Source: Alphaproteobacteria bacterium
GTDB lineage: Bacteria; Pseudomonadota; Alphaproteobacteria; UBA2136; UBA6156
Reading direction: 5' to 3'
NCBI GenBank assembly: GCA_027489415.1
Contig: JAIXZU010000127.1
Span: forward strand, 1-37,817
DNA length: 37,817 nucleotides
This document shows positions 16,713-23,940 of the stretch, piece by piece (the first letter of the stretch is position 1; every line of letters begins with the position of its first letter). The position numbers and the translations under genes are program-made. The notes beneath the pieces are model-generated. The model saw only the letters and a list, made by a program, of their open reading frames with translations, made no database searches and was not told where the DNA came from.

Positions 16713-17492
16713 ATGGTGGGGGTCATGCAAAAAAATAGTCTTGATGCCGCCGCTCAGGCGGTTAACCGAACCTTTGGCGCTGAGCTGCGTGGCAACGAGC
16801 TTACAGTCGATACAGCGGTTTTGTATCCTTGTAATGGTCTTGTGCGCATTAAAATTTCTAAAACACACGAAAGTGGTTTTATCGTGACCGATGAATCTGG
16901 GGCGTTTTACTCTATGCAAAAACTAGGGCACGACATAACCGACCAAGAGGTACCTTGGCAACGTTTTCTGGACAAACAAAAGAAAAAATATTCATTCGAC
17001 TACAACGATGTTAGTGGTAACATTTACACCCGCGCCACATCTATTGATGAAATGCTTATGAGTATTGTGTCGGTGGCAAATGTGTCTGCAGCTCTTGCTG
17101 AATACTCTATATCACACATCAACACTAAAAGGCGCGCAGAGTTGACAGATGCCGTTTTTACGATGGTAAATAAATATTATCACTCAAACAACATTTATCG
17201 TCAGGCTGAAGTTACCGGCAACACGGGCAAAAGCTATAAAATAGACATAGCTCTTGAAGATCGATTTTATGTTGATATCATCACTAATTTTAAGGCCAGC
17301 GATACTGTTGGCTCAACCTTTGCGCGACATTTTGATATTGGTGAGAACAGCCAATATAAAAATAAGACCTTTGTAGTTTTTGATAAAAATACCCCGCCCG
17401 ACTCACACTCAAGAAGCTTGTTATCACGAGTAACGCACTTGCAGCCGGTTACAGCTTTTGAGCAACGCGTTAAGCAGTCAGCAGCGGCTTAA
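16713..17492 (+). CDS. Hypothetical protein co-transcribed with the repressor (weak resemblance to the DUF1828/DUF1829 layout)
   Basis: 259 aa. An alternative start at 16725 is preceded by GGTGGGGG. It begins 3 nt after the upstream stop. Confidence 0.6.
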   Translation: MVGVMQKNSLDAAAQAVNRTFGAELRGNELTVDTAVLYPCNGLVRIKISKTHESGFIVTDESGAFYSMQKLGHDITDQEVPWQRFLDKQKKKYSFDYNDVSGNIYTRATSIDEMLMSIVSVANVSAALAEYSISHINTKRRAELTDAVFTMVNKYYHSNNIYRQAEVTGNTGKSYKIDIALEDRFYVDIITNFKASDTVGSTFARHFDIGENSQYKNKTFVVFDKNTPPDSHSRSLLSRVTHLQPVTAFEQRVKQSAAA

Positions 17493-17668
17493 CCTATAAT
17501 ACGCCGCGCCCGCTCTGCCTCGCGCCGCTCAATTTGCTTGGCTGCCCGGCGCGCCACTTGTTTAACGTGCTCTTCTTGCAAGCCCAGCTGCCACACCAGT
17601 GCCAAAGCTTCGAGCGCTTCATCGTAGCTAATTTTTTTTGTTTTTTCGCTCACATCGCAGCAACCCAT
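17489..17668 (-). CDS. Hypothetical small protein
   Basis: The ATG at 17668 is preceded by GGGAGG. A TTGAAG-17-TATAAC promoter-like element lies upstream on the minus strand. Its stop overlaps the convergent gene stop. Confidence 0.4.
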   Translation of the reverse strand: MGCCDVSEKTKKISYDEALEALALVWQLGLQEEHVKQVARRAAKQIERREAERARRIIG

Positions 17669-17854
17669 ATCATGCCTCCCCATATCATACCCCCATGTTC
17701 ATTTGCTTCGCTGGCGTTATAAATGTTCGCTATTTATTCTTCAAGCAAAAATACAATCCGGCCACGAAAAAGAAACTATATTGCCTCATTTTTATGATGG
17801 TTAAACAACCAAGAGCTGTAAATGAGCAGCTGAGCCGTGGCACGCTGTGGGGAT

Positions 17855-18181
17855 TTAGTCTTTATATAGCTTTTCGGCGATATCAATATACTCTTTAATC
17901 TCGTCCAATATTTCTTGGTCTTCGCACAATAAAGCTATCTTTTTATCAAATTCGGCACGGGTCATTTTTTTATTTCTGATAAGGCCGCCAAAAGCCTCCT
18001 CAAGGAATGCCGCGCCATAAAACTCTGTGCCATCCAGCTCAATTGTGACTTTGTCCGCAGCTTTAAGTTTTTCTAAAATCATGTCGCGGAAATGCTCGCC
18101 GCTAAAATCGGCATGCGCGGCAAATCGACCAGACGGAAAGCGCGAAAAATCTCGCGCTACGTTAATCTTAGCTTCGGTCAT
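17855..18181 (-). CDS. STAS-like domain protein (DUF4325 type)
   Basis: 108 aa. Motif INVARDFSRFPSGRF...FSGEHFRDMILEKL...VTIELDGTEFYGAAFLEEAFGGLIR. Confidence 0.65.
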   Translation of the reverse strand: MTEAKINVARDFSRFPSGRFAAHADFSGEHFRDMILEKLKAADKVTIELDGTEFYGAAFLEEAFGGLIRNKKMTRAEFDKKIALLCEDQEILDEIKEYIDIAEKLYKD

Positions 18182-18776
18182 TTTTAGGGTGGGTTACGTT
18201 TACGGTCTGTGGCAACAGGCTATCAAACGTGCAAATATGGCATAACATATAGTGATAAAAGCTTAGCCTATATAACTCGGTCGAGCCGTGCGCAAACCTA
18301 ACCTCATTTTCACAAATCAGGTCAAGGGCGCGCAGCACCGCTGGTTCGTCGCGCTCTATTTCAAGCCGCTCATGCTTGGCTTTATCAATCATCGCGGCGC
18401 TTAAATTATCAGGCTCAAGCATTATCTGCAGGTCATGGTAGCGGCGCTTAAAATAGCCGGCCACCACCTCGGCCCTGCCGGGCTCAAACACCATGTCTAA
18501 AAGGCTAATAAAGCTCACCAGCAGCGCCGCACCAATAGCCATAATTTCATATTGCAGCCAAACTGTTGTCGTGGTGCCTGCGCCAAGAAAAACCACGGCA
18601 AATTTAAAAAACCGCGCCACATTGCCCAAAAACCGCTCACGCTTAGCGTAATATCTGCGCCCGCGCTCGGTATTTCTGCGCAGGGCCCAAAGCTGGTCTT
18701 TTATGGCTTCTTCGGTGGACGGTCGTCCCCCTTCGGTCGTGGCATCGTCGGCGCAGTGTTCATTATGTTTGTCCAT
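18168..18776 (-). CDS. Two-TM membrane protein, SLATT-like
   Basis: 202 aa. A charged helix (RRYYAKRERFLGNVARF) is followed by two hydrophobic helices and a helical tail. It overlaps the STAS-like gene by 14 nt. The RBS is poor. Confidence 0.55.
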   Translation of the reverse strand: MDKHNEHCADDATTEGGRPSTEEAIKDQLWALRRNTERGRRYYAKRERFLGNVARFFKFAVVFLGAGTTTTVWLQYEIMAIGAALLVSFISLLDMVFEPGRAEVVAGYFKRRYHDLQIMLEPDNLSAAMIDKAKHERLEIERDEPAVLRALDLICENEVRFAHGSTELYRLSFYHYMLCHICTFDSLLPQTVNVTHPKNDRS

Positions 18777-18883
18777 GATCTTGGCCCGTTGGCATCCTTT
18801 TCATATCGACCCGCATTGTAACCCGAGGCCCCAGCAGTTTTACCAGCTGACGACGGCTTGTCCTTATCCTTGTCTTTTCCCAT
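18701..18883 (-). CDS. Possible small leader ORF (Lys/Asp-rich)
   Basis: 60 aa. GGGGAA lies 4 nt upstream of the ATG. It overlaps the start of the 2TM gene by 76 nt in another frame. Confidence 0.25.
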   Translation of the reverse strand: MGKDKDKDKPSSAGKTAGASGYNAGRYEKDANGPRSWTNIMNTAPTMPRPKGDDRPPKKP

Positions 18884-18956
18884 AAAATTCCCCGATAGGC
18901 AGTTTATGGGACAATATATCCTAGCTAGGCTCGGCTAATTAAACAACAAATATCTA

Positions 18957-18985
18957 TTGACTATATATCAACATAATGTTGATAT
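18957..18985 (+). promoter_or_regulatory. PL-like promoter plus operator: TTGACT (18957-18962), a 17-nt spacer, then TGATAT (18980-18985). Operator palindrome ATCAACAtaaTGTTGAT at 18967-18983.
   Basis: Read directly. The half-sites and spacing match the cassette at 15630-15658. Confidence 0.65.
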
Positions 18986-19014
18986 CTCCGCACCAACCAC
19001 AGCCGGAGACCACC

Positions 19015-19335
19015 ATGCGTATTACCCCAGACAAAAAACTCAAAGCGCTGATTGAACGGATTGAGCGCCTTAAAGAAAACCAAAAGGCTATCGCCACCGA
19101 CATCAAAGAAGTTTTTTCCGAGGCCAAGGCCGGTGGCTTCTGCCCCAAAGTTATGCGCCTGCTTATCCGCCAGCGCGCCATGCCAGCTGATTTGCTTGAG
19201 GAGCAGCAAGAGCTGCTTGATACGTATGCTGCGGCAATGGAGTGGGATAGCACGCCGCTCGCTAAGGCCGCCGCTCGCGACGGGCAGAAAAGCAAAGCCA
19301 GCAGTGGCGATGCGGCCGTGCCAGCAGCAGCATAG
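19015..19335 (+). CDS. DUF2312 / GapR-like DNA-binding protein
   Basis: The ATG at 19015 follows a GGAGA. Motif LIERIERLKENQKAIATDIKEVFSEAKAGGF...LLDTY. Confidence 0.75.
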   Translation: MRITPDKKLKALIERIERLKENQKAIATDIKEVFSEAKAGGFCPKVMRLLIRQRAMPADLLEEQQELLDTYAAAMEWDSTPLAKAAARDGQKSKASSGDAAVPAAA

Positions 19336-19342
19336 GTGCACC

Positions 19343-19636
19343 ATGAGCAACATCATTCACCCACCAAAATTTCAGCGCCTTGGCATTGCTCTAAAGCAAA
19401 ACCCAACAATGCCAACCGGCGGCCTTAGCCCCGAGGCCCGCTTAGTCATGGCAAAAATGATGCTCAGCTGGCGCGATATGTGTTTGCACAACGCCATGGC
19501 CGCCGAGCAAATGGCACAAAACATCAGCCCTTATAGCGAGCGCATCGCCCGCGAGCTGCGGCGCGAGGCCGACCTAGCCAAGCTCAACGAGCAAATCATC
19601 ACCAGCCTCATGCGCGAGGAGGGCTACAGCCAATGA
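19343..19636 (+). CDS. Hypothetical protein
   Basis: 97 aa counted from the ATG at 19343, tightly packed after the previous gene. Confidence 0.5.
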   Translation: MSNIIHPPKFQRLGIALKQNPTMPTGGLSPEARLVMAKMMLSWRDMCLHNAMAAEQMAQNISPYSERIARELRREADLAKLNEQIITSLMREEGYSQ

Positions 19637-19734
19637 AATTGCCGCGCTGCCTGCGCCAGCAATGGCGCTGGCTCAAAACCATTTTTGCCTAACACCACAC
19701 CACACCCCAAAAACACCTAACATGGAGCCGCCCC

Positions 19735-20175
19735 ATGCGCCTATCACCAGAAGACACCGCCCACAATATCTGCAACGCGCTTTGCCTACCGCTTGATAAA
19801 TACAAAAGCCAAATGGCCTATCAGATGCGCTCCCGCCTTGGTATGGCCTATATCGATGCTTTCCGCGCGGGCGAAAAACACTGCCGCACGCTGGCCGAAA
19901 ATTACCAGTCAGAAGATGCCGCGGCCGGCAACAAAAAAAGCGCCGCCATTATTCGGGCGCTTTATCAGCTGTGCGATTTTTTCCGCAGCAATGCCGAAGG
20001 ATACCGTCGCGATTATAAAGCCCCCACGCGTGAGGCGCTCGTAATGGCCGCCGCCAAGGCCATTGCCATAGCCGATGGCTACGCCACGCCGGGCCCAACC
20101 GAAACCGACCGCTATATCGAATTTGCCGATGCCGCCACCACGGCCATCATCGACGCACTGCAACCAAAAATCTAA
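19735..20175 (+). CDS. Hypothetical protein
   Basis: 146-aa ORF with a GGAG upstream. Confidence 0.55.
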   Translation: MRLSPEDTAHNICNALCLPLDKYKSQMAYQMRSRLGMAYIDAFRAGEKHCRTLAENYQSEDAAAGNKKSAAIIRALYQLCDFFRSNAEGYRRDYKAPTREALVMAAAKAIAIADGYATPGPTETDRYIEFADAATTAIIDALQPKI

Positions 20176-20185
20176 GAGCACAAAG

Positions 20186-20398
20186 ATGAATGCCTACTAC
20201 GCCGCCCTTGCGCAAACCATGCGCAGCGACCGCGCCGGCCAGCAAAGGCTGGGCATCATGCCCGATGATGTGGGCGAAAGGCAGCAAGCGCGCCGCCAAA
20301 AGCGCTGCAAGCGCCACTGCCTGCGCTGTGCCAAGCAGTTCGATGCCACCCACAGGCTTAACTACATGTGCGCCACCTGCGCAAAAAACGGAGATTAA
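20186..20398 (+). CDS. Hypothetical small Cys-rich (Zn-ribbon-like) protein
   Basis: 70 aa with CxxC...CxxC (CLRC...CATC). Confidence 0.45.
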   Translation: MNAYYAALAQTMRSDRAGQQRLGIMPDDVGERQQARRQKRCKRHCLRCAKQFDATHRLNYMCATCAKNGD

Positions 20399-20399
20399 A

Positions 20400-20696
20400 A
20401 TGTTCTGTTGCAATAATTGTGGTGCGGACATGCCGCACAATAAATACAAGGCCTGTGCCGATTGCCGTGCCACTTGGCGCGTTGACTATGCCAAAAAGCA
20501 GGCCAAGAAACGCGGCAGCAGCGCTAAAATAAAAACTAGGCTCACTGCCCTAAGAGTGCTGGACGATACGATTGATAAATATAAAACGCACCTCAATCGC
20601 GCCAACCCGCCACAAGAATATGCCGACAAGCTGCAATTCGCCATCAACACACTAATAACATGCATGTACGAAATAGAGTCCGCCCATGACCAATAA
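20400..20696 (+). CDS. Hypothetical small Zn-ribbon-like protein
   Basis: 98 aa. Motif CCNNCG...CADC. A GGAG lies upstream. Confidence 0.5.
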   Translation: MFCCNNCGADMPHNKYKACADCRATWRVDYAKKQAKKRGSSAKIKTRLTALRVLDDTIDKYKTHLNRANPPQEYADKLQFAINTLITCMYEIESAHDQ

Positions 20697-20907
20697 CGCC
20701 GCACCCGCCCTGCTGACACAAAAAGAGGTAATGGCCAAGCTGCGCATCAGCCGCGACCAAATCAAGCGCTGGCGCCGCAGCGGCCAATTCCCAGCGCCGA
20801 TATATATCGGCACCAACTCACCGCGCTTTGTCGTCGATGAAATAAACGAATGGCTGCAAGCCAAAATCCACGAGCGCGCCAACCAACAACTCCAACGCGA
20901 GGTTTAG
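20686..20907 (+). CDS. AlpA/excisionase-type HTH protein
   Basis: 73 aa. Motif LLTQKEVMAKLRISRDQIKRWRRSGQFPAPIYIG...RFVVDEINEWL. Confidence 0.7.
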   Translation: MTNNAAPALLTQKEVMAKLRISRDQIKRWRRSGQFPAPIYIGTNSPRFVVDEINEWLQAKIHERANQQLQREV

Positions 20908-20908
20908 T

Positions 20909-21520
20909 ATGCAGGCACACCCATTACAATGGCCCACTGGATGGCCGCGCACAGCGCCAAACCACACAGCGCGGGCAAGGTTCAAAACCTCACTCGCTAG
21001 TGCGCGCGATAGCATCGTAAGCGAGGTTCGCAGGCTGGGCGGCAAAGACCTTGTTATATCAACAAACATACCCGTCAGAAATGATGGGCTGCCATATGCC
21101 AGCGCCCGGCCGCCCACCGATGCGGGCGTGGCCGTTTATTTTACCTATAAGGGGCGGCAAAAATGCTTCCCGTGCGACCGGTGGGATAAGGTCGAGAGCA
21201 ACATGCAGGCCATTGCACTCACCATACAAGCCATGCGCGGCATCGAGCGCTGGGGCAGCGGTCAAATGCTGGATGCGATGTTTACTGGCTTCACCGCTTT
21301 GCCACCACCACAATCACAAAGCCAGCAAGCCCAGACGTTAAACTGGCGCGACGTGCTCGGCCTTGAGCAGCACAGCGCCCTTTATATCGATGATATCGAG
21401 CGAGCCTTCCGAGAAAAGGCTAAACACGCCCACCCAGATTATGGCGGCAGCGCCGAGGCGTTTGCAGAGCTGGTCGAGGCCAAGAGGCTCGCAATATCCC
21501 ACATCCAACGCGAGGTTTAG
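20909..21520 (+). CDS. J-domain (DnaJ-like) protein
   Basis: 203 aa. C-terminal J domain with an HPD motif (AFREKAKHAHPDYGGSAEAF). Confidence 0.7.
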   Translation: MQAHPLQWPTGWPRTAPNHTARARFKTSLASARDSIVSEVRRLGGKDLVISTNIPVRNDGLPYASARPPTDAGVAVYFTYKGRQKCFPCDRWDKVESNMQAIALTIQAMRGIERWGSGQMLDAMFTGFTALPPPQSQSQQAQTLNWRDVLGLEQHSALYIDDIERAFREKAKHAHPDYGGSAEAFAELVEAKRLAISHIQREV

Positions 21521-21523
21521 CCC

Positions 21524-21670
21524 ATGACCAAAACACTCCCTAAAGAAAGCCTGCGCCGTGTGGTCGCTTGCTATTACATCCCAGCGCGACACGATTTTGA
21601 GGCAAAAGGCGGCAACAGCCACATCTATCACGATCTGCAAAAACTGCGGCAATATTTAGAGGGCAAGTAA
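21524..21670 (+). CDS. Hypothetical small protein (48 aa; not in the ORF track)
   Basis: The ATG lies 7 nt after a GAGG. It fills the gap between flanking genes exactly. Confidence 0.4.
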   Translation: MTKTLPKESLRRVVACYYIPARHDFEAKGGNSHIYHDLQKLRQYLEGK

Positions 21671-21671
21671 A

Positions 21672-22052
21672 ATGAAGGCGCTCTCAATAAATCAGCCTTG
21701 GGCTTGGCTTATAGTCAACGGCTATAAAAACGTCGAAAACCGCAATTGGCCAACAAATTACAGAGGGCCAGTGCTTATTCATGCGGGTAAAAAATATGAC
21801 GATGACGGCGATGAGTGGATAAGGTCTGCCTTCCCGCAAATCCCATTGCCAAATAAATCAGCAATAGAACGCGGCGGCATTGTCGGCAGGGCTGTAATCA
21901 CAGACTGCGTAACCGCTATGGATAGCGACTGGTTTTTCGGCAAGTTTGGCTTTGTTTTGAATAAAGCCGAGCCTTGCGAGATGGTGCCATGTCTGGGCGA
22001 GCTTGGATTTTTTAGGCCAGACCTCTTTAGCAAATATAAGGAGATGAAATGA
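21672..22052 (+). CDS. ASCH domain protein
   Basis: 126 aa. Motif MKALSINQPWAWLIVNGYKNVENRNW. Confidence 0.8.
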   Translation: MKALSINQPWAWLIVNGYKNVENRNWPTNYRGPVLIHAGKKYDDDGDEWIRSAFPQIPLPNKSAIERGGIVGRAVITDCVTAMDSDWFFGKFGFVLNKAEPCEMVPCLGELGFFRPDLFSKYKEMK

Positions 22053-22588
22053 AAGAGCGCCCAATCATATTTAGCGCGTCAGATGTTCGCGCCATTTTGG
22101 AAGGCCGCAAAACCCAAGCTCGGCGGATTATAAAGCCACAGCCAACTAGTCTTGGCGATAAACTTAAAGCCCTTATGCGCTACCGGATCGGCGACCGGCT
22201 ATGGGTGCGCGAGACTTGGCAGACTCACATACCAGCGCCAGATACCAATGGCGACTGCGCCACATCAATTATTTATAGGGCTGATAAAAAAAGCTACGCG
22301 AGCAGTTGGCACTCACCAATCTACATGCCGCGCTGGGCAAGCCGCATCACCCTTGAAATAACGCGCAAACGCGTCGAGCCGCTGCATAGAATAAGCCAGT
22401 CCGATGCTATCGCTGAAGGTGCGCCGCCAAGCCATAGTTCAATTGACAAAATAAGCCGTGAGTTTGGTTATGCAGATTTTAGCCGCTCATGGTTTGCCCA
22501 GCTATGGCAATCAATACACGGCGACAAATCATGGCACGAAAATCCGTGGGTGTGGGTGATTGAGTTCAAAAAATTGGAGGGCAAATAA
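22049..22588 (+). CDS. ASCH-like protein
   Basis: 179 aa. Motif IIFSASDVRAILEGRKTQARRI...GDRLWVRETW. ATGA overlap with the previous gene. Confidence 0.6.
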   Translation: MKERPIIFSASDVRAILEGRKTQARRIIKPQPTSLGDKLKALMRYRIGDRLWVRETWQTHIPAPDTNGDCATSIIYRADKKSYASSWHSPIYMPRWASRITLEITRKRVEPLHRISQSDAIAEGAPPSHSSIDKISREFGYADFSRSWFAQLWQSIHGDKSWHENPWVWVIEFKKLEGK

Positions 22589-22589
22589 A

Positions 22590-22772
22590 ATGACCGACTA
22601 CGAAAGGGCCTTGATTGATTGCCTTAAAATCATAAAGAACAGAATAGAAGTTTATGAGCGCAAGATTAAAAACGAAGGTAGGCCATCAATGGGCGATGAA
22701 TATAGATTTGCCATAGCTACGCTTGATATTGCCGCTGGTGAAATCAAAAAACTTTTTACAGAAGGCAAGTAA
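22590..22772 (+). CDS. Hypothetical small protein
   Basis: The ATG at 22590 lies 9 nt after a GGAGG. Confidence 0.45.
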   Translation: MTDYERALIDCLKIIKNRIEVYERKIKNEGRPSMGDEYRFAIATLDIAAGEIKKLFTEGK

Positions 22773-22857
22773 AATTATGTTTTTGCCATTTAGCGAGGAA
22801 GTTAAGCAAAAAAAGACGTGGCAAACAATTCTCATGAAACAAAAAAATGGAGATAAA

Positions 22858-23103
22858 ATGACCATCAAAGCAGAGCCAGCGGATAATTACGACGACCTGA
22901 AAAGGCAGTTTTATGCCCTTAGAAATATTGTTAATTCTCAATCCATACAAATACAACATTATATGCAATTAAGTTACAGCGTAGGAGAAAGGCACCTTGC
23001 CGAGCTAAGGGCGCTACTCGAAAGCGAAAAGGCAATGAATGCTCAGCTCACCCAAGAACTGGATGGGGCAAAAAATGCACTCCAAGAAAGCGCCGACCAT
23101 TAG
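22858..23103 (+). CDS. Hypothetical coiled-coil protein
   Basis: The ATG at 22858 follows a GGAGA. An alternative start is at 22777. Confidence 0.45.
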   Translation: MTIKAEPADNYDDLKRQFYALRNIVNSQSIQIQHYMQLSYSVGERHLAELRALLESEKAMNAQLTQELDGAKNALQESADH

Positions 23104-23115
23104 CCGCTTACCCGC

Positions 23116-23331
23116 TTGCTCAAAACAACCGAAAAGCTAACCCATATACTAGCACCGCTAAACCCAACTAAAGCCATGCTTTCTGCGGGTAATTATGCCT
23201 GTTTTGATTCCCTTGATAACGGCACAGTTATAGACGCAGAAGATATTTATAGGGCGATGATTAAAGAGTGCAAAAAAGAGGCTGAATACAATGAAATTAT
23301 TGTCCGAAAAATGCAAAAACAGGGTGGTTGA
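23116..23331 (+). CDS. Hypothetical protein
   Basis: TTG start in the ORF track, with an alternative ATG at 23176. Confidence 0.35.
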   Translation: MLKTTEKLTHILAPLNPTKAMLSAGNYACFDSLDNGTVIDAEDIYRAMIKECKKEAEYNEIIVRKMQKQGG

Positions 23332-23333
23332 TA

Positions 23334-23636
23334 ATGGACACACAAACAACAATTTTTATTTTGTGCATGATTAGTGGTGTCGCAACAATCGCTGTAATTA
23401 TTTATGCCGAGTTTTTCCGTAAAGTAAAAACAGCAATAATGCCTGTTGAGGTTTTGCCGTTTATAGACGGCTTTACATTTGTTGCTGTTACAAAAAGCAA
23501 AAAGTACTGGCCGGTGCAGCTTATTAAAAACAAATCTGGGCTACATGTTTTTTTGCTTAGGCCCGGCATGCCAGAAAGAGTCGATTTTTTTAACAAAGAA
23601 GAGTTCATCGGCTGGCTGCCAATGCCGGAAGTGTAG
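23334..23636 (+). CDS. Hypothetical membrane-anchored protein (C-terminal WLPMPE, DUF551-like ending)
   Basis: The ATG at 23334 follows an AGGGTGG. N-terminal TM helix. Confidence 0.45.
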   Translation: MDTQTTIFILCMISGVATIAVIIYAEFFRKVKTAIMPVEVLPFIDGFTFVAVTKSKKYWPVQLIKNKSGLHVFLLRPGMPERVDFFNKEEFIGWLPMPEV

Positions 23637-23643
23637 GCGTGAT

Positions 23644-23805
23644 ATGACCACTATTGTTTTATCGCTTGGGGTTTATTCAATCTACTTTTGGTATTTTTTT
23701 GGCAGAATGCTAGTTGCACATTTTTTATTTGGCTGTGCGCTTGGCTCTGGTTTAGGGCTTATTTTAGGTTATTTAATCAATGTATTGAGGGATTGCCAAA
23801 GATGA
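23644..23805 (+). CDS. Hypothetical small two-TM membrane protein (53 aa)
   Basis: ATG at 23644. The sequence is strongly hydrophobic. Confidence 0.4.
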   Translation: MTTIVLSLGVYSIYFWYFFGRMLVAHFLFGCALGSGLGLILGYLINVLRDCQR

Positions 23806-23940
23806 GTAATCCGGTTTTTCCGGTCAGCTGGATAAGGAAAGCCGCAGCGTATCAGTTAAGACAGAGGCTGCGACCATAATTTTTATCATATCATGGTTTG
23901 GCAATCTGGTAAATAATCAGCTCCAATACATCGCTTGGCG

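Noticed and set aside
17275-17290. Additional operator half-sites (TGTTGATATC at about 17281; ATATCAACA at about 21054)
   Set aside because: Only one half-site is present in each case, without the partner at N3 spacing. They are not considered operators.
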